Assembly: GCA_963721685.1 (NCBI GenBank)
Contig: CAVRJJ010000002.1
Location: forward strand, 8,848-72,847
Direction: 5' to 3'
Source: an uncultured bacterium
GTDB lineage: Bacteria; Patescibacteriota; Saccharimonadia; UBA4664; SCTI01
Length of the DNA: 64,000 nucleotides
This document shows positions 52,252 through 61,238 of this stretch, in pieces. The notes under the pieces were generated by a model. The model saw only the letters and a program-made list of their open reading frames with translations. It had not been told where the DNA came from and ran no database searches. Position numbers and translations under genes: made by a program. Each line of letters starts with the position of its first letter. Positions within the stretch are counted from its first letter, which is position 1.

Positions 52252-54462
52252 TTACCCGGCGGAGGCACGAAGATGAAAGCCAAAGTAGGCCGCGTGCTTC
52301 GTTATGGTTACCGGCTGCCGCAGTTTTTCGCCGGACGGAAGGGCTACCTCAATATTATATTCTCCCGGTGCCGCGAATAAAGTGTATTTACCGTTCGAGG
52401 CCGTGGGGCTCGACTGGACCAACTGCTCGCTTCCTTTAGCCAGGAGGTTCACATTTAACCCGGCGTAACCGGTTCCGTGGGAATCAACCACCCTCCCCCA
52501 TTTTATGCGTTGCTGAAAAACCAGCAGGTGCAAGCTTAAGAGTACCGTCAGCGAAAGGGTAGCGCATATAAGCGCGTTTATTACCGAAAAATGGTTTAAC
52601 ACCAGGTAAATGCTTAATGACCATCCATATCCCAGTACCGCCCATCCCAAGACCCCCAGATCTAGATCGATAATCCACTGTCCCCAGGTACGCACCACCG
52701 GCTGAGGGGTCATTTCTACAACGAAACCGGCGTTTTCATTAGCGACCGGAGCGCTAGCCGCCACCATGGCATACCCGGGATGCCTCGCCCCAATAACCTG
52801 CTTTTCGGCTACTTTAAGCTTAAACCGGCCGCGAAAACCACTAACCGCGTAATGACGCGTTCCTTCGGTATATACCAGCGCCCAAGCAATAGGCTTGCCT
52901 GTTAAGCGGTTAATTACCGTCCCCTTTACTTTACGGCCGCTGTTAAAGACCATGATGAGCCGCCGCCCTAGCGTGCGTACGAGCAGCCAAAGCTCTTCAA
53001 GGCCCACTAGGCCCCGCGTGACTAACGTCGCAAAAATAGCGGCCAGCAGTGCCACGCCCGTCAGTACGGTTGATGTCGCCGTAGACTTAAGGGCCCGAAC
53101 GTAGGTTTCACCAATTACCGATCCCACTCCTAGTACCACGCCGGCTAAGTTCCCAATATTATTCCACTGGAAGCGGGCCGCGCCGGCAATGCCCGCGTTG
53201 GGATTTTTGTAGAAGACATTGACGGGCACGGAAAGACTCTCCCCCGCTTCGGTTTCAACAGTAGCAATCAAGGCGTTGCTACCCTCTTCAAGGATCACCG
53301 AAACCGAGAATGTCCCGTCGCTGGCAACCAGGACTTTGGCTAATTGTTCCCCGTTGCTAAGGATGCGCACCAGTAATCCTGGAGTAGCCGTACCGCTCAC
53401 GGTAACATTAGGCCGGGTAACGGTAGTATGGTCTTTGGGGTTAAGGATTTTGGGCGGCAATGGCGGCGGCGGTCGGAACGTTACAATAACATCAGACGAG
53501 GGTCCGCTGGTTCGGTTAAACAGGGTGGCTGTGGCATAGATTGTGTTGGGCCCTGCTTCAAGGGCAACATTCAGCGTTAACGTGCCGTCGGGCGGGGTAA
53601 TGCCTGAGGCTACTTCTGCCCCGTTGCGGTACAGGCGGACGGTAGATCCGGCGGCGGACGCCACGGTAACGTCGGTACTCGCCTCCGAGGTGCTGCTGCC
53701 TGATGACGGAGCGATAATGGTTGGAGGTGACGGAGCCGGCAAAATAGTACTACCTGGAGGCGAATACGGGGGCTGCGTAATCACCGGCGGCAATGAGGGC
53801 GGCGGGATATATGAGATTACCACGGGAGCGCTGGGACCACTAACTCCCGCGGCGTTGGCGGCAGTCGCGTACAGGGTATTTAAACCAAGAGCAAGCCCCG
53901 CCGCGGTGCTAAAGTTACCGTTAATATCTACCGTGGTGGTGGCTACCAGCAAGTTATTCCGGAACAGCGCGATTATCGCCCCGGGTTCGGATGTCCCGCT
54001 CACCCCAATTGAAGCTGTCTGCACAACAGCGCCATTGCCGGGTGAGGTAATGATTGGCGATCCAGGCGGGTTTACGTTGCGCACAATGGTGATGGTTGGG
54101 CTGTCTGCTTCATTGCCACAGTTATCGCTGGCATGAGCCATAATCTGGTTATTACCGGCGCTCAATGGAACATTCGCGCTATAACTTCCATCACCGGCTA
54201 CAACCATGCTTGCCACAGGGAAGCCATTCACCTTAATTTCCAGGTCGGCAAATGGCTGGGCGGTACCGCTGATACTGGCCGTTGCACTAGCGGTGGGTGT
54301 AGGAGTGCTGGTTGTAATGCCAACCGGCGCAAACAGCGTTGAACAGACATTTACATTGATAATCGAGGTACCCCCAGCGGCAAGTAGGCTGCTGGGAACA
54401 AATAAGGCTAGAGCCAGTAATGCCTGCAGCCAGCGTCGGACGGCACTAACGCCGCCGGACAT
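52252..54462 (-). CDS. Multi-Ig-domain membrane protein with carboxypeptidase-regulatory-like domains
   Basis: Four VSGTxxPG...LxxGxNxIxA Ig repeats, TM segments, GTVINRLTGKPIAWA and GRVVDSHG domains. Confidence 0.8.
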   Translation of the reverse strand: MSGGVSAVRRWLQALLALALFVPSSLLAAGGTSIINVNVCSTLFAPVGITTSTPTPTASATASISGTAQPFADLEIKVNGFPVASMVVAGDGSYSANVPLSAGNNQIMAHASDNCGNEADSPTITIVRNVNPPGSPIITSPGNGAVVQTASIGVSGTSEPGAIIALFRNNLLVATTTVDINGNFSTAAGLALGLNTLYATAANAAGVSGPSAPVVISYIPPPSLPPVITQPPYSPPGSTILPAPSPPTIIAPSSGSSTSEASTDVTVASAAGSTVRLYRNGAEVASGITPPDGTLTLNVALEAGPNTIYATATLFNRTSGPSSDVIVTFRPPPPLPPKILNPKDHTTVTRPNVTVSGTATPGLLVRILSNGEQLAKVLVASDGTFSVSVILEEGSNALIATVETEAGESLSVPVNVFYKNPNAGIAGAARFQWNNIGNLAGVVLGVGSVIGETYVRALKSTATSTVLTGVALLAAIFATLVTRGLVGLEELWLLVRTLGRRLIMVFNSGRKVKGTVINRLTGKPIAWALVYTEGTRHYAVSGFRGRFKLKVAEKQVIGARHPGYAMVAASAPVANENAGFVVEMTPQPVVRTWGQWIIDLDLGVLGWAVLGYGWSLSIYLVLNHFSVINALICATLSLTVLLSLHLLVFQQRIKWGRVVDSHGTGYAGLNVNLLAKGSEQLVQSSPTASNGKYTLFAAPGEYNIEVALPSGEKLRQPVTITKHAAYFGFHLRASAG

Positions 54463-55333
54463 TTTTGGGCCTACTGAAATACGCGTACGCGCCTAAGGCA
54501 CCAACAGCCAGAAGCATTAGCAGAAAGGCGGTGGAAGAAAGAACCAGCACATGGCGGGTTGGAAGCTTTTCCGTCTTATCGAAGTAATGCACGGTTCCGC
54601 CTAGCTTAAAGAATCCAAAAGCCGGTGCCTTATCCCACGTTAAAGCAATCCTGCGAGGGGCATTTGGCAAAACTACGAGGTTATTATTGAAACGGTATTT
54701 TTCGTTCCCAAAAAAATCCGTAATTACGTATTTTACATCGGCAAAATAATGGACATTACCGGTGTTGACCATGCGAACGCTGGCTTCAACGGGCGCCCCA
54801 TTTTGCCACATCTTGGCGTTGAAGCTATCGAGCTTACCTACTCTTTCCAAGACACCGTCAACGGTAACGTAAAGGTGCGATCCTACCCGTTTGATGCTGG
54901 CGATTCCGATGGAATTGGGCTTACCTTTAGTGGAAACAAACAGCGCGGCATAGTGGGTGCCCGGGGCGGCATTTTGCGGCACCGTAATGGTGTATCCAAT
55001 ATTTGTTCTCTCTTGCGGTTTTAACGTAAAAGTTGTTTTTTCAAACTGCACCCAGCTTTCCAGCTGCTCCGGGTTGGGGGTGTTGGCATAATTACGCTCA
55101 TACTCTTCATTTTTTATGGTGGCTCCGCCAGCGCTGGTGGTGTATTCGCTTAGTTCGGTACCGTCATTTTTCACCGTTAGCTTACCGGAAATCCTCTGCC
55201 CCGCCTTAACGCTATGCTCGGTATAGGTAGGCGAAACGGCCGCTCCGGTACCAAGTTCAGCCGCCAGTGCTTGCATAGGCACCACAAGCAGCACCAGCGC
55301 CAGAAACAGATACAAAAACTTCGTTACTCTCAT
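54446..55333 (-). CDS. DUF916/DUF3324 (WxLIP)-like protein with C-terminal TM
   Basis: VSP...LTVKNDG...FTLKPQE...VPQNAAPGTHYAALF...RVG...NTGNVH, TM and RRR. Confidence 0.8.
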   Translation of the reverse strand: MRVTKFLYLFLALVLLVVPMQALAAELGTGAAVSPTYTEHSVKAGQRISGKLTVKNDGTELSEYTTSAGGATIKNEEYERNYANTPNPEQLESWVQFEKTTFTLKPQERTNIGYTITVPQNAAPGTHYAALFVSTKGKPNSIGIASIKRVGSHLYVTVDGVLERVGKLDSFNAKMWQNGAPVEASVRMVNTGNVHYFADVKYVITDFFGNEKYRFNNNLVVLPNAPRRIALTWDKAPAFGFFKLGGTVHYFDKTEKLPTRHVLVLSSTAFLLMLLAVGALGAYAYFSRPKNVRRR

Positions 55334-55369
55334 TACTAAGATAGTAGCACAAGCATAAGAATTGATTAA

Positions 55370-55403
55370 ATAAAACGTACCGCTTAAGGGCGGTGCGTTT
55401 TAT
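55370..55403 (-). terminator. Terminator
   Basis: ATAAAACGTACCGC-TTAAGG-GCGGTGCGTTTTAT. Confidence 0.8.
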
Positions 55404-55413
55404 GGATTAAATT

Positions 55414-56022
55414 TTATAGGGCAAGAGCGGTATAAAGCACGGTACCGGTGTAGGTGCCGTTGGGCTTAGTGATATCAGCTTTAGCGCTGTACCACACGGT
55501 GTGGGTATTCCCCGCGTACGGGCCAGTAGCCCGGGCGCTTAGCAACTGAGGTGCGGCGTTTTGTGGAACCAAAGAAAAGGTACGGGATGTACAGTTGGCT
55601 CCGGTAGTTGAGGTGGGGCCAGCCCCAAAGGAACCATGGCTATCTTCGCGCCATCCCCAGGCATTGGTTGGTAATACTGCTGGCGATGCAAAGGTAGCAG
55701 TGGCGTTAGCCAGGGTGTTGGCACCGTTGGCCAAGGTATTTTGGGCAGCTGTGGTGTGAGCCACATTGTTGTCTTGAATAGATAACGAATACCCATTGGC
55801 GGCATTGGTGGTAACGGTTACTGTATCACTAGCGCAAACTTGGTCGGGGCTGGCCGTAGGCGCTAGGTTAATAGTTACGGGCGAGGTGGTTGTAAAGGTT
55901 GAAATCGAACTGGCGATCACCGCGTTCACAACCGTGGTAGCGGTGGCTGCCGAAGCAGCCAAAGGAGCAAGCACGATAGCTGCTGCCCCTAAGGTTAATA
56001 CGGTTTTCCTAGGAACTCTCAT
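55414..56022 (-). CDS. WxL/pilin-like secreted subunit, paralog 2 (202 aa)
   Basis: Signal peptide ASA, TNAANGYSL, two Cys, C-terminal NGTYTGTVLYTA. Confidence 0.85.
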   Translation of the reverse strand: MRVPRKTVLTLGAAAIVLAPLAASAATATTVVNAVIASSISTFTTTSPVTINLAPTASPDQVCASDTVTVTTNAANGYSLSIQDNNVAHTTAAQNTLANGANTLANATATFASPAVLPTNAWGWREDSHGSFGAGPTSTTGANCTSRTFSLVPQNAAPQLLSARATGPYAGNTHTVWYSAKADITKPNGTYTGTVLYTALAL

Positions 56023-56107
56023 TTCATGACCCTTTCGACGTTTTCATTATTAGAGGCCACTTCACTTCTTATATAAGACCATAACACAAGCATAAGCATT
56101 AACCTAA

Positions 56108-56136
56108 CAAAAAGCCCGGCTATCCGGGCTTTTTTG
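56108..56136 (-). terminator. Bidirectional terminator
   Basis: AAAAAGCCCGG-CTAT-CCGGGCTTTTTT. Confidence 0.88.
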
Positions 56137-56157
56137 CCTTACCGAGAATAAATTACT

Positions 56158-56784
56158 TTACAGGGCGAGGGCCGTGTAAAGTACCGTAGCGGTGTAAGTA
56201 CCGTTCGGCTTGGTACTGTCAGCCTTAGCACTGTACCACACGGTGTGGGTATTCCCCGCGTACGGGCCAGTAGCCCGGGCGCTTAGCAACTGAGGAGCGG
56301 CGTTTTGAGGAACTAATGAGAATGTCGCCGCGGTACAACCTGCGCCGGTGGTGGTGGTAGGACCAGCACCAAAGGTACCATGGCTATCTTCGCGCCATCC
56401 CCAGGAGTTAAGGGGCAATGCTGCTGGTGATGCAAAGGTAGCAGTGGCGTTAGCCAGGGTATTTGCTCCATTAGCCAGGGTGTTCATAGCGGCGGTAGTG
56501 TGAGCTACGTTATTGTCTTGAATCGACAATGAATACCCGTTGGCGGCGTTGGTGCTAACCGTTACCGTATCGCTGGCACAAACTTGGTCTGGGCTGGCCG
56601 TAGGCGCTAGGTTAATAGTTACGGGCGAGGTGGTTGTAAAGGTTGAGATCGAACTGGCGATCACCGCGTTCACAACCGTGGTAGCGGTGGCTGCCGATGC
56701 CGCCAACGGTGCAAACACTATGGCCGCCGCTCCCAGGGTTAATGCTGTTCTTCTTGGCACTTTCATTTTGTTTTTTTCCTTCAT
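56158..56784 (-). CDS. WxL/pilin-like secreted subunit, paralog 1 (start may be 56766)
   Basis: Near-identical to 55414-56022; AAGGA precedes the second ATG. Confidence 0.85.
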   Translation of the reverse strand: MKEKNKMKVPRRTALTLGAAAIVFAPLAASAATATTVVNAVIASSISTFTTTSPVTINLAPTASPDQVCASDTVTVSTNAANGYSLSIQDNNVAHTTAAMNTLANGANTLANATATFASPAALPLNSWGWREDSHGTFGAGPTTTTGAGCTAATFSLVPQNAAPQLLSARATGPYAGNTHTVWYSAKADSTKPNGTYTATVLYTALAL

Positions 56785-56904
56785 ACTTAAAAGTGATGGA
56801 TTTATTAGATCTTAAAACAAGAATACAGCAAGCATAAGCTCTTTGTCAATGCTTTTTCTTGATTGCGGTCCCATTGCATAATATATGTATACAACCACGC
56901 TTCA

Positions 56905-59900
56905 CTATTGCGGTGCGAAGTAGTTAAACTCATACAACTGGCCGGAAGCCGGAGCGCTATTGAAGGTCACATTGAGAGTTGTGGTAGTGGCACTCATATG
57001 GGCAGACATATTGGCGCTGACTGTATTGGTAGGACTAAATACAATTTTTGGTGCTGCGCCAAAGGCAGTATTTAAGGTGACACTACATTGGTCTCCGCTG
57101 GATATGCCTGTCCCCCCGGGGGTAATTTGAATCGTGCCGGCGGTATCTGTCCCTGAAACCACGCACGCCCCAGTGGTTCCCGCTGCTGCGGCGGCCGTGC
57201 CAGTGGGGCTGCCACCGCCAGTAATGAGGTGCCCATTGACCGTTAAATTACCTGAAACCGCTAATTGAGCCACAGTCACCGTCATATTGGAGGTATCGGC
57301 GATAAACAGTGGGTTATTATCTTGGTCTTGGATTTGGAACGCGGTGGTGGAATCGCTTGTGTTACGGAATAATTGGTCGTTCCCGGCAAAGACTTGGCTA
57401 TTGCGTGTCAGTAGGGCTACGCTGCTTGAGAGCACACTGTTATTAACTGTTCCGGTGGACAGGTTGCTGGCGTTAAGCCCGCTTAATCCGGAGCCAACAC
57501 CGGTAATAGTCCCAGTGCCAGCATTAATATTGGTGTTGTCGGTATCAATCCCCGCCTCCACATTTAAGGCACCTGTAATAGTTGCTATTCCGTTAACGGT
57601 TAGGGTCGTCGCGCCACCGTCTTGGGAGAGAATGGAGTTAGTTATATTTTGCGAGTTGGAAAACAACGGAATAAAGTTAGCGGTCGCCCCGCTTGAAGTA
57701 ACAGTCCCGCTTGCACAGCCCTGGAAGGTGGGGTTACTACTGGGCCCATTGGAAATCAAACACTGCCCTGCCGATCCCGGAGTTGTAACGCTAACCGGGC
57801 CACTACCATTGCCATAAAGGATGCCGTTAGCGGTAAAACTCGTAACGCCTGTGCCGCCACTGGCAACCGGCAGCGTCCCCGTAAAAGTAATATTTCCGGC
57901 GTTACTAAGCGCGATGTTACCTGACGCTGATACGGCAACCGTCCCGCTCTGGTTTGGTATTACAATCGTGGCGTTCCCGGCGGCGCTTTGGAAGATAAGG
58001 TTGGATGAAAATAAACCGCTGTAGGAGTTGAGGCTAATACTTGTTCCCTGCACTGAGACACCGTTACTGGTAGAGCCTATGGTTAGGCTGCTGGTTGGGG
58101 CAATGGTATTGGTGGTCAAGAACCCTAGCGTGGCGCTAGCAAACGTTGGTGTAGACCCAGTTGCCAAATTTTGCGGCAATGACAGCGTAATGGTAGTGCC
58201 AACGGTCCCCACGCTTACCTGGTCAGCCGTACCGGCCAGAGTTAGCGCTCCAGTTGCCAAGTTAACCGACTGCACACCTGCCACAGCGCTTAAACAGTTT
58301 CCGCTATCCAAACAGACCTCACCACTATCATCCGGCAATGTGATTGACTGGTTGGCGGTCGGTGTGGCAAAGCCTAGTGTTGTAGAAAAAGAGCCATTTG
58401 TGACACTAAACGTTGAGTTATCGGATCCTTGTAGGATGAGTGTTTCACCTGAAGTACCAACAGTTAGGTCTGAGCCATCGCCAACAATGGCATCGGCGGC
58501 TAATGTGCCCGCCACGGTTAAAACTGCGCCCGATTCACTAGCGATGGAATCGGTTAAGGTATTTGTAATAGTGTCGAATTTAACCAGATTACCTGCCGTT
58601 TGGCTAGTACCGCTAGATAGGCCGCTACTCCCCGGACACGAACCAAAGGCCGCCCCGGTTACTGTAGACATCAAGCACTCCCCCGGTGCTATGGCCGCGC
58701 CGCCGCTGGCATCGAGCTGGACCAGCTCACCATCGCCATTAAAGGTGTTCCCCTGGGTAGTTATGCCAGCGCCCAAGCTAACCACACCGCCAGTTACACT
58801 AAAATCAGCACTATCAAACTGGGCAATCCCTTTAGCTGATGTAGAAGCGTCATCAATAGTGATGGTAGTTGCGTTTATTGCGCTCGAATTATTGAGCGTA
58901 ATAATGCCGCTAATGCCATTAACCGAGGCGACGCCGCCGCCGGCTGATTCAATCGTGATAGTTCCACCCGGCACGTCATTGACAATATTAATCCCACTGC
59001 CCGCCAGCACAGTCACTGAATTGGTAATGCCGTTGACATCGGTTACACCGGATCCGCCGCCGCTACCATCACTGGTAAGGCAGGTTAAGCAGGTTATGTC
59101 CCCAAGAGCATTGAGTGAAATTGCACCTGAAGCCGAAACCGCCACTAAACCGGAAGCGTCGGGAATCACTATGCTATTTACGCCGGTGGGGGCGTCAAAG
59201 CTAAGCGTTGTACTATTTACTCCGCTTGTCCCACTCAGCGTTGTGGTGGACGCAAATCCCTGGAGTGTCAGTGACTGGCTGGTACTGCCCACGGTAAGTG
59301 CCGCGGAGGGATTAATGCTGGTAAGCGCGGTTAAGCTGGTTATATCGGCGTTAGCCCCCAGCTCGGCAGCTCCCAAATTTGTTCGCGCCCCTAAGGCCGT
59401 GGTGGCACCTGTGCCGCCTTTCAGCAACGAGACCGTACCCAAACTCACCGCTCCGGCGGTAACCGAGAAATCGGTGGCGCTGAAGGAAGCGATTCCCTTA
59501 GCCAGGGTTGTAGCGTTATCAATCGTAATAGCCGTCCCCACACCTGAACTGTTGTTGATGGTTAAGGCCCCAACCAAGCCCTCCACGCTTGTCACGCCAG
59601 AACCGGTTGTCGCGTAGCCACAGTTGTTTGTCGATAGACAAACAGTGCCGCTATCGTTGGGGAGGGAGATTGTTCGGTTTGCCGTGGGCGGGATGAAGTT
59701 AAATGTTGTGGTAAAGGCTCCGGACCGGGCACTCAGGGAGGTCGCGGCGTTTCCCTGCAAGGTAAGGCTTTGGCTGGTTGAGCCAATCGCTAAGGCTGCT
59801 CCAGGGGTAATGGCGGTCAGCCCGGTAAGGGAGGTGATGTCGCTGTTTAGCCCACTCGCGGCCGCGCCAAGGTTGGTGCGCGCCCCACTAGCGGTTGCAG

Positions 59901-61095
59901 CGTTCGTACCACCTTTAGCTATTGGCACCACATTTAGGCTGACCGCCCCGCCTGCTAGAAGAAAATCAGTTGCGCTGAAGGAGGCTATGCCTTTCGTTGT
60001 GGTTGTCGCATCATCAATCGTAATAGTTGTGCCCACCGCGGTGGCGTTGGCAATATCCAACGCTCCGCTTACGCCATTAAGGCTGGTTACCGAAGCCGTA
60101 CCGCTGCAAGAGCCAAATACCGGGGCGGTAGCCGTACTTACCAAGCACAATCCCGGTCCGGCAGCAGCGACAGTACTGATAGGGCCGGAACCGTTGCCCA
60201 GCAATACCCCATTGGCCGTTAAACTGTTAACCCCGGTTCCTCCGCTGGCAACCGCTAAGGCCGTCCCCAGGTTCAGTCCGTTAAAGGTGGGCGACGAGCT
60301 GGGGGCGATGCTTTGAGGCAGACTTAGTACAATATTTCCGGTGGACTGATTAACGCTGATTTGCCCGGGACTCCCACTTAATGCCGTGACGCCGGTGTTT
60401 GCGATGGTTAACCCATTAATCGCGATACCCCCACCGGCGCTAAAACTCAGGGCGCCGGTTTGGCCCTGTACGCTGAGCACTGCGCTGGTTGGAGCGGTTG
60501 AACTTAACACACCGCCAGCTACACTTAAACCGCTGCCTACCGCGATATCGCCGCTTAAACCGCCAATTGAATTAACCCGCTGACTGTTATCGGCGAGATT
60601 AATGAAGCTGGTGCCGTTATAGTAATACAACTGGCGGTCGGCCTGGGACAAATAGAGCTGTCCTACGATAGGCGCGGCCGGCTGTTCGCCCGGGGTTATC
60701 ACCGCCGAATCGTTAATTCGCAGCTGCCCGTTAATTTGTAGCTGTTGACTTTTATCCAAGCTCAGCTCACCGTTACGGGCGAACTCACCGAGCGACAAGC
60801 TGGTAACTTTATAGCTTGAGGCGCTTGATGCCGGGTCGTCACTTCCCCGGCCCTGGGTGAGCACCACGAAAGCGGCTATTGCCAGAAAGATGAGAAGAGT
60901 TATAACTCCGGCAATAATGGTAGCGGAATGGCCAAAAAAGCGATGATGCCGACCCGATGGCGGCACATCCGGCCCGGACCCCAGCGGGTTTAAGCTTGTT
61001 ACCGGCTGGGGGGTAGCAATGCTGCTCGCTACTCCTGAGGCCAGGTTGACTGGATCAACCGAAGACGAGGGCGATATTGAATCCCTTGGCATCAT
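56905..61095 (-). CDS. Membrane-anchored phage-tail-fibre-like adhesin (1396 aa)
   Basis: N-terminal TM; repeats VxSxNGxxG, LxVAxGGTG, ARTNLG and DxATTxxKGIAxF; C-terminal domain shared with the 2441 aa protein. Confidence 0.85.
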   Translation of the reverse strand: MMPRDSISPSSSVDPVNLASGVASSIATPQPVTSLNPLGSGPDVPPSGRHHRFFGHSATIIAGVITLLIFLAIAAFVVLTQGRGSDDPASSASSYKVTSLSLGEFARNGELSLDKSQQLQINGQLRINDSAVITPGEQPAAPIVGQLYLSQADRQLYYYNGTSFINLADNSQRVNSIGGLSGDIAVGSGLSVAGGVLSSTAPTSAVLSVQGQTGALSFSAGGGIAINGLTIANTGVTALSGSPGQISVNQSTGNIVLSLPQSIAPSSSPTFNGLNLGTALAVASGGTGVNSLTANGVLLGNGSGPISTVAAAGPGLCLVSTATAPVFGSCSGTASVTSLNGVSGALDIANATAVGTTITIDDATTTTKGIASFSATDFLLAGGAVSLNVVPIAKGGTNAATASGARTNLGAAASGLNSDITSLTGLTAITPGAALAIGSTSQSLTLQGNAATSLSARSGAFTTTFNFIPPTANRTISLPNDSGTVCLSTNNCGYATTGSGVTSVEGLVGALTINNSSGVGTAITIDNATTLAKGIASFSATDFSVTAGAVSLGTVSLLKGGTGATTALGARTNLGAAELGANADITSLTALTSINPSAALTVGSTSQSLTLQGFASTTTLSGTSGVNSTTLSFDAPTGVNSIVIPDASGLVAVSASGAISLNALGDITCLTCLTSDGSGGGSGVTDVNGITNSVTVLAGSGINIVNDVPGGTITIESAGGGVASVNGISGIITLNNSSAINATTITIDDASTSAKGIAQFDSADFSVTGGVVSLGAGITTQGNTFNGDGELVQLDASGGAAIAPGECLMSTVTGAAFGSCPGSSGLSSGTSQTAGNLVKFDTITNTLTDSIASESGAVLTVAGTLAADAIVGDGSDLTVGTSGETLILQGSDNSTFSVTNGSFSTTLGFATPTANQSITLPDDSGEVCLDSGNCLSAVAGVQSVNLATGALTLAGTADQVSVGTVGTTITLSLPQNLATGSTPTFASATLGFLTTNTIAPTSSLTIGSTSNGVSVQGTSISLNSYSGLFSSNLIFQSAAGNATIVIPNQSGTVAVSASGNIALSNAGNITFTGTLPVASGGTGVTSFTANGILYGNGSGPVSVTTPGSAGQCLISNGPSSNPTFQGCASGTVTSSGATANFIPLFSNSQNITNSILSQDGGATTLTVNGIATITGALNVEAGIDTDNTNINAGTGTITGVGSGLSGLNASNLSTGTVNNSVLSSSVALLTRNSQVFAGNDQLFRNTSDSTTAFQIQDQDNNPLFIADTSNMTVTVAQLAVSGNLTVNGHLITGGGSPTGTAAAAAGTTGACVVSGTDTAGTIQITPGGTGISSGDQCSVTLNTAFGAAPKIVFSPTNTVSANMSAHMSATTTTLNVTFNSAPASGQLYEFNYFAPQ

Positions 61096-61238
61096 CGGTT
61101 AAACCCTCTGTGCTTTCCAGATGTGTAAATAACTCCACGCATTACGATTAATCATAACGCTTATGCCTGTATGATGCAAACCTGTTACGCTTATGCGCGC
61201 CTGAGCGCCCGCGCGAACTATATATTACTACCTGGACC

